Shown here piece after piece: positions 36,651 to 49,382 of a DNA stretch of 58,313 nt. The number at the start of each line of letters is the position of its first letter. Within the stretch, counting starts at the first letter, position 1. Location of the stretch: the NCBI RefSeq assembly GCF_001186125.1, contig NW_014040356.1, positions 57,704 to 116,016 on the forward strand. The letters are read 5' to 3'. Source of the stretch: Sphaeroforma arctica JP610 (taxonomy: Eukaryota). The notes beneath the pieces were generated by a model. It did no database searches and was not told where the DNA came from. It worked only from the letters and a program-made list of their open reading frames with translations. The position numbers and the translations under genes were made by a program.

Positions 36651-37359
36651 GCAATTGCGTTGGTCCTTGTGATGGCCGCCATGGCCATGTTCTAGATTTG
36701 GTTTTGGACGAGCTAACTAGCTAAAGAGCAAAATCGAGGCCTTTTCGTTGAATAAAAGTCGATTTCAAAAAAAACAAAAAACAAGTGTTAAACATTTTGA
36801 ATAGAATAGAAACGATCTGGGTCATAGTTTTACTTTTCGTATCGCTCGCTGTTGGGATAATCATTACAGTAGTATTGTTGACTAGCAGTAACACTGTAGA
36901 CACGCACGTGCCACAAATGGAGGGTGGCTACTCTGACAATGATCCTATAGTAGACGATTTCGACGACTTTGTGCCGCCAAGTTCGGGGCCATGAAATTCG
37001 GTGGCGGCAATTGCGTTGGTCCTTGTGATGGCCGCCATGGCCATGTTCTAGATTTGGGTTTGGACGAGCTAGCTAGCTAAAGAGCAAAATCGAGGCCTTT
37101 TCGTTGAATAAAAGTCGATTTCAAAAAAAAACCAAAGTGTTAAACATTTTGAATAGAATAGAAACGATCTGGGTCATAGTTTTACTTTTCGTATCGCTCG
37201 CTGTTGGGATAATCATTACAGTAGTATTGTTGACTAGCAGTAACACTGTAGACATGCACGTGCCACAAATGGAGGGTGGCTACTCTGACAATGATCCTAT
37301 AGTAGACGATTTCGACGACTTTGTGTCGCCAAGTTCAGGGCCATGGAATTCGGTGGCGG
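36651..37359 (+). repeat. Tandem duplication, 2 x ~356 bp, covering the 5' end of the glycosidase-like gene
   Basis: gcaattgcgttggtcc... at 36651 and 37007; duplicated LNILNRIETIWVIV...DDFDDFV. Confidence 0.92.
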
Positions 37360-38377
37360 TGCAGAATCGTACGGTGACCGATACTATGCCCATGAGTGGA
37401 CTGACAAAGGGGGGCAGGCTGCACTACATTCGCCTGTACGCCGATAATTGCTACAATGGAACTGACGTGACGTTTGATAAGCTCGACAAGGACTTTGAAA
37501 ATCTGGAGCCGGGTGTGAATGCAATTGTGTGCCTATACTTTGTGGACGGTCCGGACCGGAACAAGACGTCCTCGTAGGCGACAACAGGGGATGAAAAGGG
37601 CACAAACGACTGGAGCGACCCCAACATGATGGAAATGGTGCCAGAACTGTTTGAAAATCTGACTACGCATTTGCGCGCCGAAAAGAGGTGGCTGCAGCTG
37701 GGGTTTGGGTTCTGGAGCAATTTCCACGTGTCTAGAATTACCATGAAGCCGGGCGTGAACTTTCCCACCGCGGAGCAGATCGACACGCTGTTTAGTATTG
37801 TCAAGGCCCACCGAGGTACGCTGCAGGTCGCGGTGAGTGTTGGGGTCGGGGATGACGAGTACCAACTGAACGACAGTTTCCGAGCGGACACAGGGGGTAC
37901 GATTCCGCGTACGAAACCAAGCTGTACAATGGGTGCAATTACGACGAGCGCGTGTATACGATGAAGGGCGGTGAGTTCTCAAACGGCGAGGGTACACTGG
38001 ACTCAATTATGGACATGACGAAACAGCTGATGAAGAAACGGGCGATGCACTACATTATGCCAAACGGGACTTCGGAAATCATGTCGTCTAGTAGTAGCAA
38101 GGTCCAAGAACTTTCGGCGTATATGGGCTACCGCCTTAAGGTCGCGTCCGTGGACACGATTAGCGATGGATACACGCGACTGATGGTTACGAATGTTGGG
38201 ATTGGGCCGACGCTGTACGACCTCAATGTTGTGCACGAGAATGTCACGTTTGAGCCGGCCCTAGTCCGACTAAATCCGGGGGCGAGCAGGTATGTGTATG
38301 GTAAGATTATTGTGGGTGACAATGCGTCGTTTGAGGCGGAGGGGTCAAGATATTTGGGAGGCGTCAAGCTCTTATAA
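37104..38377 (+). pseudogene. Membrane-anchored DUF4832-like (glycoside hydrolase-like) protein, disrupted
   Basis: N-terminal hydrophobic helix, then DWSDP, WLQLGFGFWSNFH, NFPT, GGEFS and MGYRLKV...VTNVGIGPTLY...LNPG. One stop at 37575 and one frameshift; no introns. Confidence 0.55.
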
Positions 38378-38475
38378 CCTCAATAATCGAACCATGCAGT
38401 AAATACTGTGGCTGAGCGATTACTGTTTTATCGTAAACGCGATTACTGTTTTATCGTAATGTAAACTTCGATGTA

Positions 38476-38838
38476 TGTAAACTTCGATGGAAATTACTAG
38501 GTTTCAAACTATATTAAACTAAAATACAATTTAGTTTGAAACCTAGTAATTTCCATCGAAGTTTACACATTTTTCAGTTAATGTATTAACGTGACTTACG
38601 TTATTATGTCTATCTACAAATTAGGCATGTGGTCATGAACACTTAGTACTTCTAGTGAAAATTATTCAACAAAGAACAGCTAGAGGTACGCCTTGTGTGA
38701 TTGAGGATATTTAGGCTCTTAACAAGAGGCAGTCCCGATCATTTTCTTACACAAGCTACCACTGCTAAATCCTAACTGACTAAATTGTATTTTAGTTTAA
38801 TATAGTTTGAAACCTAGTAATTTCCATCGAAGTTTACA
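38476..38838. repeat. Hairpin and inverted-repeat cluster
   Basis: 36-bp arms at 38476-38511 and 38532-38567. 38476-38535 is the exact reverse complement of 38779-38838. Confidence 0.9.
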
Positions 38839-38932
38839 GTAGGGGGACGTAGGGGGGATATTGTTTAGCAGGAAGTTACAAAAACAAAAAATCGAAAAGC
38901 GTTCGGGGTTACAGAAAGCCTTATTGTTTAAC

Positions 38933-39851
38933 ATGTCAACAACAATGGAGCACCCTACTACTGATGAATCTTGGTGCATCGTCGAGAACTGTCCAGCACA
39001 GATCGATACCGAGGCCAATGATATCATAGGGATTTCTTCAATCCACGTCGTTGGAGATCGGACAGTGGCAGGTACATTCTTGATAGGTGTTGCGAATACA
39101 CAGACGGTCTACAATTCTATTCCAAATGAATACCGGGTGAAAATCAATATCAACAGCACTGGTTTGTTTACATCGACACTACGGGAATCATGATGTATCT
39201 CATGTCCTCGACCACATATATCCAGTGGACCATGAACATTGGCACAGCCTACTCCACAAGTGACGTTGCGAAGATCCGGGATCTCGTAAAGCCGGTGCTT
39301 CAGGCGACTCTGGGGTCCAGAGGCATCTCAACGATTGATAGTGGCATCATGTCTACAAGTATGGCAACATCCACCGCCGAATGGTCGAACATAGTGTCTC
39401 ATTCAAAGATGCGGATCTTAAATATGCCGTGTACATTGTGTTACACATGACCAGTACAGCGGAGCGGGCAGTCTCCTCGCTGATCAGTAGTCACTCGGCA
39501 GCGACAAGGTTTGCGATGAACAAGTACCGTGAGATTTTCTCCGTACCTGCCGCTATGGCAAAGTCCCTGCTTGACGAGATTGTCCAAACCTGTCACCAGG
39601 TCTCGGCTGGTGGATTCGTGGAGGAGCAGCGGCTGGCGGCTGAGTTGGAAAGAATTAAAGAAGTATCATCGTGGACAACAAGTTGCATGAGAAGACGCGA
39701 GCCACGGTCGGCCCTACGTGCTTCAGAAGAAGCACGTAAGGCTGCGGAGGATGTACGCTTAGACCTGAGCCAGAGACTCGCATCGTCACAAGCGCAGCTC
39801 ATTGAGCTTGCCATGCTGGCCCCGGCTCGCAAGCGGGTTAAAAACTACTAA
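38933..39851 (+). pseudogene. Intronless hypothetical gene or genes with a C-terminal coiled coil and basic tail
   Basis: Overlapping consecutive ORFs 38861..39193, 39190..39450 and 39381..39851, ending LAPARKRVKNY. Confidence 0.4.
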
Positions 39852-39857
39852 AAGGGA

Positions 39858-40150
39858 TTTTTGAAACAATTTTTTGAAGTCAAATTTTGATCCTCAGTCT
39901 CTGGTCAAGTTTCCGGGGCTTAGAATTTGAAACAGGTTTTGAAACAGTTTTTGAAACAGTTTTTGAAGCAATATTTTGAAGTCAAATTTTGATCCTCAGT
40001 CTCTGGTCAAGCTTCCGGGGCTCAGAATTTGAAACAGTTTTTGAAACAGTTTTTGAAGCAATTTTTCAAAGTCAAATTTTGATCCTCAGTTCCCGGGGCT
40101 CAGAATTTGAAATATTTTTCGAAGAAATTTGTTTTGAAACAGTTTTTCAA
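39858..40150 (+). repeat. Nested tandem repeat (12-bp tttgaaacagtt within ~100-bp units)
   Basis: Three gtcaaattttgatcctcagt...ccggggct.agaatttgaaa units. Confidence 0.88.
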
Positions 40151-40480
40151 GAAAGTCTGCATAAAAATATGGTAGTTTCCAGTTTGGTAAAAAATATATG
40201 GCATTTTCGCGTTTGAAAAAAAGAAGGGGTTTTTTTACGTCAAAACAAGGCAGATCCGACCAAAGCATGCCGGATCACGATGAATCGTAGCAAAGTAACA
40301 GCCTCAATTTTGGCCTTCAAACCGACTAGTCTCTCCGAGTCTCGGTGTCACCGCTTTATACGTACACCATAATCCACACCACGATCAACAAGGTGCATGC
40401 CACTTCTCTTCACATAGCATGCACAATCTTGTTTCAGCTTTGGGTACGATAGTTGTTTTGCACTTGGTGCAACTAAAGTC

Positions 40481-40853
40481 TGGAAGTCGTGGCACTCCTG
40501 TAATTGCTGAAGGAGGTCAGGGCCAATGGGTGGCAGTTTCGGGCCTACCAGGATGTGTCGAATCAGTTGTTGGATGCAGGTAAAGTGGCTGGTAGTGAAC
40601 TTGTGGCTACCTGGGCAGACAGGGCAGAGACAGCCGTCGGTGCGGTAGTCGAGCATTCTGAACATGTACGTATTCGTTACAATCATAGCAAAGAGCCGGA
40701 TTGGTGTAGACTCGAAAGCGATTGAAGCTGTCGTGTCTGGCTGTGTCTCGGTTTGAGGTTGGCGGTTTACCCATAACAGTTGGTAGTAGTATTGGCGCCG
40801 GGCCATTGCCGCGATCTCCTTGTTGGACCAACGTTTTGTTGAGTTCTTCCTGA
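40481..40853 (-). mobile_element. Internal fragment of the same non-LTR family
   Basis: MARRQYYYQL...YRTDGCLCPVCPGSHKF matches 27455-27830. Confidence 0.88.
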
Positions 40854-43800
40854 CATAGTGAGATAGAAATTTACTAATAAAGGCCCATAACTTAATAAGT
40901 TAATCAACTATTTGAAATTGAAGAACTAAACTTTATTTAATATTTGCCTTGAAATGTATAATAAATTTTTGATGTGAAAAGTGAAAATATGGTTTGAGCG
41001 GATCCAAGATAATTTGTTGTCTACGATATGTAAAACCTAGCCTAGATTGTGAAAAACCCAGTTTGGCATATTCCATAGATGAGTCATGTTTAGGCAGGCT
41101 CAATACTACAGGCTACAGGCCTACAGCCCCTACTTCTTATTCTTCTTTCTCAGTGACCTAATTTTACAAATGTCGCTTTCACAGTCCCCGCGGCGTCCCA
41201 GCCGTATTTTATCAAAATATCCATCTGGGTAAAGCTCAAAATTCTTTTTCTATCTACGAAAAATAAGAAGAGCAAAAAGAAACAACAGGAAATTATAAAA
41301 TAAAAAAAGTTAAAACGAAAATGGAAAATCCAGCAACAAGAATGCAGATCGGGAGATCCAAGATCCATGTGTGGATATAAAATTCGGATCATCGAACACT
41401 GTTCTTTTTCAAAAGAATTGTTTAAAAAGATAAAAACATCCCACTAATACTATATATTGGTTTTGTTTTAAATTTAAATACATGTCGAATGGAGCCAGTA
41501 TTTTGCACTGAAATAGAGCCTAATGGCCGTGCATGTATGAATATTGGGTCTTGAGCCCTTTACTGTAACACATACCAGTTTTGTCCACTCCGATTATTGA
41601 TCAAATTGTTGCTGAAAACGGGTGCTGGACAATAATCGAGGTTGTTCCGTACATCTAAAAAAAGATGCTAAAAATTTAATAAAAATTTGCACGACAAGCA
41701 TTTTGGAATTCCGACAGACATAGGTATAAAATAATAATATAAAAAAGATGTTTTCTATGTAGTGTTTTATTGGTTTGTTTTTAGTGCTTTTAGAAAAAGA
41801 GTGAAGGCGGTGTGACCGTGTGTCATGTGACCCGTGCCACGTGCGACGGTGACTATGAGTGTGAGCCTGTGATGAGGCTTAAATAATTCAGACTTCCAAA
41901 GTTCCAAGGGCTATGCCGGGATTGCCCGCAAAGGTTTTAAAAAAAGTTCGAAAATGAAAAAAAAAATGCCGTACATATGTACAACGTATTTATTTAAATA
42001 TATTTGTTTTAAAAATACATAGAGCTGTCCGCTATAGAAATGAAAAGAATATAAGTATACAACTATAGCCTAATTAGGGAAGTTAATTTAAAAATAATAG
42101 CGCAACTATAATTAGTAATTAAATGCGTGCTACATTGATACTGTTACTCTCTAAATAGCTCTGACTCTACTAGTAGATTCGCCCAATGTAGTCTAAGCGA
42201 CTCCTCGAGACTTCGAGAGTACTACTGTTCATATAAAACCCTTAAGTTTTGGCTTTTGCATGGCCTTCTAGAGAAAAAAGAGTTTTGCTTTTTCAAAACT
42301 ATCAAGTTTCAAATGTCGACTTTCGAATTCATTCCCTGAGATGCTCAGATACTCGCGTCTCACCTCTCGCGGCAGTCTTAGACAGCGCTATTCTCATTTA
42401 TAAAAAAAAAAGATCTTTTCGTAATTTTGTTTGATAAAAAAGAAAAGAAAAAAGAAGATGTCTCGAGTTCTCGACTCTCCGCCTCTCCAGCTCTCCAGCC
42501 TCCGCTCTCGACGACTCCAGACTCGTCCGTCGCTACTCGACTTATCATAACTCTAGAAGAGGAAGAGAGCTAAATCTACTGAATACTTTATTCTAGAGAG
42601 TAGCATATGCTGACCACAGCCACCGCCGAAAAGCCTTCTCATTTATTATTATTGTTGAATGTTGGAGCCTAAAATCTAAAAAGGCTACCAGTATTTTTCA
42701 ATCTGTGAAATGGCCGATGGCACGGCCGATGGCATGGCCCAGGGCTCCTGAGCCTAATTAAGCTCAATGCGTTAAAAGCCGTAACTTTTATTTTGCCTCG
42801 CATAAACATTAAAGTTGTAACCTTTATTTCACAATAGTACACTCAAATATGTTAGGTGCATTTTCCAGGTCACTCAGGTGACAGTCGTCACAAATGAAAC
42901 GCGCAATCTCTTTTGATTGCCTATTATCAATTTCGTGACCTAAAATTTTCAACGATCGGACAGTTTATTGAGTGTAGTTTACAAAATAGCTTTGTAGTTG
43001 ATTTGTCCTAAATAGAAGTTATACCTTTTTTAAAAAAAATCAAAAAGTCAACATTAAAGTTGGACCTTTATATTTCGTACCCCTATAACTTATTGAGCTT
43101 AGCCTTGAGCCCCTGGGGGCTGAGGCCTGAATGACGGAGCCCTGAGGCTAACCTCATATCGTTATAAATAAGTTGCAACGCAAAGAAATGATCCGTTAAA
43201 CGTTAAAGATCAAACATTTACTTCCATTTCAGTGTCCCGTCTATAGCCGTAGGCCATATTTCAGGTCAGGCAATAGTCATATTATCAAATACACACCAGT
43301 ATAAATACGTTGCAACGTTAAAAAATAATCTGTTAAATGTTGAAAAGTCAACTTTTAAATATTTTTGCCGATGTGAGGTGAGGCCTGAGGCCTGAAGGCA
43401 TGGCCCTGATGGCTTATGATGGGCGATAGGCGATAGCGGCTGCCGGCTGGTGCTGGGGACAGTGAGGACTCGGGGAGTGGCGACTGGCGAGTGGCTGACT
43501 GCCGACTGGGCCTCATATTTAAGTGTAAAGTCAAAAACAAAAACAGTTATATTTTGGTAATTGAAAAAATTATAGAAAAACATATCAGGCTATGGAGCGT
43601 TAGCGAGACAGCGACTCAGCGGATTGTTTTATTTCATACATATGTAAATATGTACTAAATACATGCATATTGTTAAATATGTACTAAATACATACATATT
43701 GTTTTTTTTTGTAAACAAAACAAACCAACAAAAACAAAAACGACAACAAAATTAATTCTGCGCGACAGAACTTCAGATTTCAGAAGTGTGAGACTATTTT

Positions 43801-45754
43801 ACTTTTTTTATACAAAATAATTTCAGTCTACATACACTTGTGTAGGGATAATACTTATTTATTATTTATTTCAATACAATGGGTCTGGTGATGATATTTA
43901 CTGGAAAAGAACATTTTGTATGTGAATAAATCTTTAATCCAAAATCGGCTTTCATCACGGGATTTGGATTTGTGTGCAGAAGCCAAAACCGTCATATCAT
44001 TATCGGCCATTTTTGGAACCGGCCATAATCTGACTTGGACTCTAAAAGTGTGTGCAATACTGCAAATACATACGAAATATATGCTCAATACGCTTGTAAG
44101 TAAACTGGTGTTTATTGCAGTCTTCTTGAATCACCGTCGGGTACCCGACGGTGAGAAGTATGGTGAATTCTGCCAAGATTCTATTTCACTCTCTGGTGTA
44201 TAATCTTGGTCCTCTGTTACTGTTGTAAATCTATTATCTGGACCGCGTAGAGAGTGCCTTTCACCACTGCCACCAGTCAGATGTTGCGCTCTCTTTGATG
44301 GGGACGACTTGGTTGCGTGTGTTGCACTGCCTAGGAGATGTGTATGTAAGTGACAACGAGGTGTAATTTTGTGTTTATCATTTATTCCACACACTTATTT
44401 ACACTTTTCAACAGGATGGGAAAACAATTTCGAAAATCGGATGACATCACGAGTCTTAGAAATGGGCGAGTATGTCGATTTCTGCCCTCAAAAGTCCAAA
44501 ATTCGTTCTGCAAGGTAAGTTCCAGGGCACTGACAAAAGTAGATTTCGAAACAAGTACAAATCCAAAAATGTGTCTGGGTGATCTTCTAAATCAGGTCGT
44601 GAGTATTTTCCATAATTTAACGTCCGAATCGGGTCACTATTAGTGTGTGCTGTGCCTAGCTGAAAAGTAGGGGCTATAGTTTCCTGTAAATATCATCTTT
44701 AAAGAAAAAGCGACTGCAAAATAGCAAAATGGGAAAACTTTCCTCATATTTTATAAATACTTTCAAATGTCGTGGCATCTCGTGGAGTCGTGGAATCTCG
44801 TGGAGTCGTGAACTCGTGAGTCGTGAACTCGTGAGTCGTGGAACTGTGATAAATTGATAATCACTGATCCTGTGAGCGTGGTTTTATCTATTTAAAAAAA
44901 TAATAGAAGTAATATATATATTTTGTATGCAAAAAAAAGGTTTGTATGTAATACGTACTGTATGTATGTCAAAATGTACTTGTATCTAAAAAAACAAAAA
45001 CATAGTAGTTTCTCTTTTGGTTTTGTTTGTTATCTTAAAAAAATGGAAAAGAAGAAAATTGGTTTAAAGATTTTCTTAAAACAATAAGGAATTATAGAAA
45101 TATAAAATATGTATCAAAAGCCGAAGCGCTGTTCAATTTCAGAAGACTACTTATGGCTTTGCCTTTTCACATGGCCTTTCAAGGCTTTCAGTGTGATAAA
45201 TTTCTAATGTTCTATTTTATGTATTAAAAAACAAATATGTACAGTACATATGTGGTATCACGTGTCTAGCCTTTTGTAGTGCTTTATTTTGTTAACAAAA
45301 ATGAAAAGCCGCTCCATATCAAACACATATTTTATTAAAAAAATAACTATTTTGATTTTGCCTTCTAAAAAAGATTCTGTTTCATTCTGTTTATGTTGTT
45401 TGGTTTAAAAAAATAATTTCATAAATGATAAATATTTAGGCTTCTGCATCGCCTTCTCTTGATATTTAGACATTCTGTGTAAATACTTTATTTTTGGTTT
45501 TTGTAAAGAAAAAATCGTATAATATTTGTAAAGCACAAAAAGAGCTGTCGTTCTGCTGTATGACTTTTATGTTGCCAAAAAAACTTACAGCGCTTATAGC
45601 AGCAACTTTTATTGCTGTTGCCTGCAATCTGCATAGCCTTCTGAAAATTGAACACTGACATATTTTCATCACACTGACATATTTTCATTTATAAATGGAT
45701 GCATAGATACGCATCATCAGCACTATTCAGTATTCACACATTGTGAGCAAGAAA

Positions 45755-48484
45755 ATGTGGAAGACATTGATTATCAGTGCGTTGATCGCCCTCTGGTTAG
45801 AGCCCAGTTGCGCACAGAAGGATACGGACGAGATATCTCTGTATCAAAATCAACACAATCTTAAAAATCCACCAGTGAAGAAGTACTCTAAAGCTTTCAA
45901 GAGTGGCGACAACGTAGGTTTGTATGTTGACATAGAGGGTGAGCAAATACTTTTCCGGCTGGAGGAACAACCAATAGCCCCGCTAGACGGAAAAACCTTA
46001 CAATATACTTATAACTGTTATTCTGAGGCGCACGAAGATATTGATTGTAGTGCAGCGCTTACACGAGGGGGCGATGTGTGGAGCATGTTTGTGTTTTGGG
46101 GAAACGATACATGGATATTTGAAGGAGTTGGAGGAGGAATGTCGATGGTATATAAATCAACAGACATGGTGGAATCGGACTTCCAGGATCTTGTGGTAGG
46201 CATAGAGGATACTGTGGTAGGTCGATCAACATTAAATCGTCGAGAAGCAAACGGCGAAGTAAAAGGAGCCGGGATAGCGTGGAGTCAGGCACTGAACTTG
46301 GCACAGAACGAAGACGGAGGAGAACAGCTCGTTGACGGACCCAATTTTGGCTATTCATCGGTACAAGCTCATCATTCACGAGACCGCCGTAGCACTTTCA
46401 GAACAATGCATCTCCGAATCACATACGACAAAGCTTATTTGACTAAACTAGCCGAAAAACTAAACCTGGGTACACCAGAAGCCACTATCACACAAGCAGA
46501 TACGTACACGATGTTGTTGTTGAATCACGTCAACACTATCTTCGTCCCTCAGGTGGGTATCAAGTTCGAAGTATATTCAGAGTCTCGGGTGCCAAGCAGC
46601 AACTGGCCCGATGGAAATTACGGATCTGATGGCAGCACGGAGAGCAATGTGACGCTGAAAAGATTTAACGCAGATGTGAACGACAACACTGACGATCTCA
46701 ATGTCCTATTCTCAGGGTTGTCAATGGGCCTCACTATTGGAAGTGCGTATCTTGGAGGGGCGTGTAGAAAATCCAGTAACTCCGCTATCGTATCACCGTT
46801 GACGCAGAGCACGTATGGTATAGTGTCGTTACTGGCCCACGAGATTGGTCACAATTTTCGCTGCGACCATGTTGACTCCCGTTTAGACATCATGTACAGA
46901 ATTAATTTCGGTTCTAGATATTTCGGCACTGCATGTCGCGCTTCAATCTCACAGCATATCGAAGCCATTGAGAAAAATGTAAAAAAGCTGTATATGGATA
47001 CTTGTTTTGAAAAACAGACAGATAGCAATCCGTGCTTCGCAGAGGGGGTGTGCGGACAAGGTCTTTGTATCAGGGAGACCGGTACCGATGGCAAAGGGTA
47101 CAGGTGCAAATGTGAGGACTCTGGGTATGAGGGTGACGATTGTGACGAACTTATCGATAACTGTCACTCGAATAATTGCCCAAATGAAGCCACTTGCGTT
47201 AATTTGTTGAATAGTTACACGTGCGACTGCTCAACTGGATTTTCGGGATTCTATTGCCAGTTTGAGTTATGCGATGCTGTCGGCAGTCAGTGTCGTGAAG
47301 GAAAATGCACTGATGGAGAAGAGGGCTACACGTGTAACTGTGATGGAACAGGTTTCACAGGTAAAAACTGCGGGGATGACATCGATGAGTGTGATAAAAT
47401 CTCATGTGAAAATGGAAGGTGCATTAACCTTGCGGGCTCGTACAAGTGTGAATGTGATAGTGGTTACGAGATCTCGGGGGGTACTTGTAAAGACATTAAT
47501 GATTGCGCCGATGATCCGTGTGGTGCAGGAGAGACCGGAAAGTGCATCGATGAAGTGGGTGGTTATAGATGTGAATGTTATTCAGGTTACACAGGTAAAA
47601 ATTGCGATGTAGACATTGATGAGTGTAAGAATGTATCGTGTGGGAATGGAGTATGCAAAGATCGTGTTGGCTCGTACGAGTGCGAATGTGAAACGGGGTT
47701 CGGAGGAATTTTGTGCGATCAGTTTGACTTTTGTGCGGAATCGCCATGTTTAAACGGCGGCGACTGCACTTCAAACGACACAGGATACACGTGTAAGTGT
47801 GCAGACGGCTACACAGGTACAAGATGCGCCGTGGACATAAACGAATGTCATGATCCGACAACGTGCGTTAGAGAGAACTTAAAGACCTGTATCGATCAAG
47901 TCAATGGTGTTGAGTGTGTTTGTAAACCTGGCTGGGGTGGTGACAGATGTCAAGACAACACATGCGATTGTGGGGCTGGAGCATGTGACGAGGATCATTT
48001 TGGAGAACCTATATGCCGATGTCCTTCAGGATGGAGCGGTGTGAAATGCGAGGCCCCACCCACTATGGATGCCACAACAGGGCTTAATGTGTGTGCCGGA
48101 GAGCCATGCGGGTCCAATGGTAATTGTCGCACTGTTGATCAGGGAGATGGTAACACCGAGTTTGAGTGCTCGTGCTTCGGGGGATATACAGGCAAATATT
48201 GTGATCTTGCTACATATGATCCGTGTGCTAGTAATCCTTGCAACTTCGCAGGAGATTGCCGTGCATCCAGTTTCGGCACTTTCTCGTGTACTTGCGTGCC
48301 TGGTAGATATGGCGATCTCTGTGAATACGATGTCAACGAGTGTGACCCTGATCCTTGTGTGACAGGAACCTGCAGTAATAGGCACAATGGATTTGTGTGT
48401 ATATGTCCTCCAAATTTTACAGGCGAAACCTGTAATACGTTAGTGCATACATTACAAGAGGGTGGTGCTTCAGTCATCCCGTAG
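45755..48484 (+). CDS. Secreted reprolysin (M12B/ADAM-like) zinc metalloprotease with 12 EGF-like repeats
   Basis: Signal peptide MWKTLIISALIALW, prodomain ending RDRR, IGSAYLGGAC, HEIGHNFRCDH, Met-turn DIM, and 12 six-Cys EGF units, several with D[IV][DN][ED]C. Confidence 0.93.
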   Translation: MWKTLIISALIALWLEPSCAQKDTDEISLYQNQHNLKNPPVKKYSKAFKSGDNVGLYVDIEGEQILFRLEEQPIAPLDGKTLQYTYNCYSEAHEDIDCSAALTRGGDVWSMFVFWGNDTWIFEGVGGGMSMVYKSTDMVESDFQDLVVGIEDTVVGRSTLNRREANGEVKGAGIAWSQALNLAQNEDGGEQLVDGPNFGYSSVQAHHSRDRRSTFRTMHLRITYDKAYLTKLAEKLNLGTPEATITQADTYTMLLLNHVNTIFVPQVGIKFEVYSESRVPSSNWPDGNYGSDGSTESNVTLKRFNADVNDNTDDLNVLFSGLSMGLTIGSAYLGGACRKSSNSAIVSPLTQSTYGIVSLLAHEIGHNFRCDHVDSRLDIMYRINFGSRYFGTACRASISQHIEAIEKNVKKLYMDTCFEKQTDSNPCFAEGVCGQGLCIRETGTDGKGYRCKCEDSGYEGDDCDELIDNCHSNNCPNEATCVNLLNSYTCDCSTGFSGFYCQFELCDAVGSQCREGKCTDGEEGYTCNCDGTGFTGKNCGDDIDECDKISCENGRCINLAGSYKCECDSGYEISGGTCKDINDCADDPCGAGETGKCIDEVGGYRCECYSGYTGKNCDVDIDECKNVSCGNGVCKDRVGSYECECETGFGGILCDQFDFCAESPCLNGGDCTSNDTGYTCKCADGYTGTRCAVDINECHDPTTCVRENLKTCIDQVNGVECVCKPGWGGDRCQDNTCDCGAGACDEDHFGEPICRCPSGWSGVKCEAPPTMDATTGLNVCAGEPCGSNGNCRTVDQGDGNTEFECSCFGGYTGKYCDLATYDPCASNPCNFAGDCRASSFGTFSCTCVPGRYGDLCEYDVNECDPDPCVTGTCSNRHNGFVCICPPNFTGETCNTLVHTLQEGGASVIP

Positions 48485-48714
48485 TAGTCGCTAGTGGAAC
48501 ATCTGAGCAGCAAGTAATATGACAAAGAACTCGTGCTTTAGGAAGTAGAATAAAGGACATGAAACACGATGCAAGAATGCTAATTCCAACACGATCTATA
48601 ATTTCTTGTTGGCCGTACTTTGAGCCATTCAAGTGAATCGACATATTCCGAAGTTTATGTGTGAATATGAATATAGCCCAAAATGATTGGATATGCATCA
48701 TAATATATTATAGC

Positions 48715-48826
48715 CAGTATCGCACTCTAAGATAAATGAACCCAGTATCACTCTATAAGATATATGAACCCAGTATCACTCTAAGATATATATGAACCCA
48801 GTATCACTCTAAGATATATGAACCGA
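48715..48826 (+). repeat. Minisatellite, ~4 x 27-31 bp
   Basis: cagtatcactctaagatatatgaacc units. Confidence 0.85.
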
Positions 48827-49382
48827 TATGCATAATAATTTGTAATACCAAGAAATATATCAAAAACAGCTACTTGAGACTGTACTCTCCTCCAGTACCA
48901 CTTGACCAACAAATTGAAATTCGATACACAGCTGATATGTGTGGAGGTCAGGTCGTATAGTTTCACTATTTTATTGGCTTTTGCATACATTCTAATTCAG
49001 ATAGATTTACCTACGTGACTGGAGTGTGCACACTGTATTCACACGGATGCTCATGCGGACATGTGTATGTCTGCATGCATCATTGTGCGTATATATATAT
49101 ATATATATATACAACTACACGCACCATAGCATGTACATGCTCTAAATTACTCGTGCCTTGCTCATACTATGGACAGCGCAAGCATTCCATTAGTAGACAA
49201 ATACAGGTGAGGCGAAACAATACACCTTACATCTGCACCTTATCTAATTTCCACCTCATTTTCTTCTGTTCGATATATATATATATATACATACATAAAT
49301 ATATGAATTTATACTCATATATACGTTAGCTTCAATATATATATGCTAGCTAAAGTAACTTCCCACTTTACTCCGCTCCCTG

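Noticed and set aside
39858..40150. CRISPR or iteron array
   Set aside because: No unique spacers or replication gene; simple nested tandem repeat.
46018..48525. Minus-strand and alternative-frame ORFs over the metalloprotease
   Set aside because: Shadow ORFs of the real plus-strand gene.
48715..48826. CRISPR-like array
   Set aside because: Repeats are head-to-tail with no unique spacers, there are no cas genes, and the context is eukaryotic.
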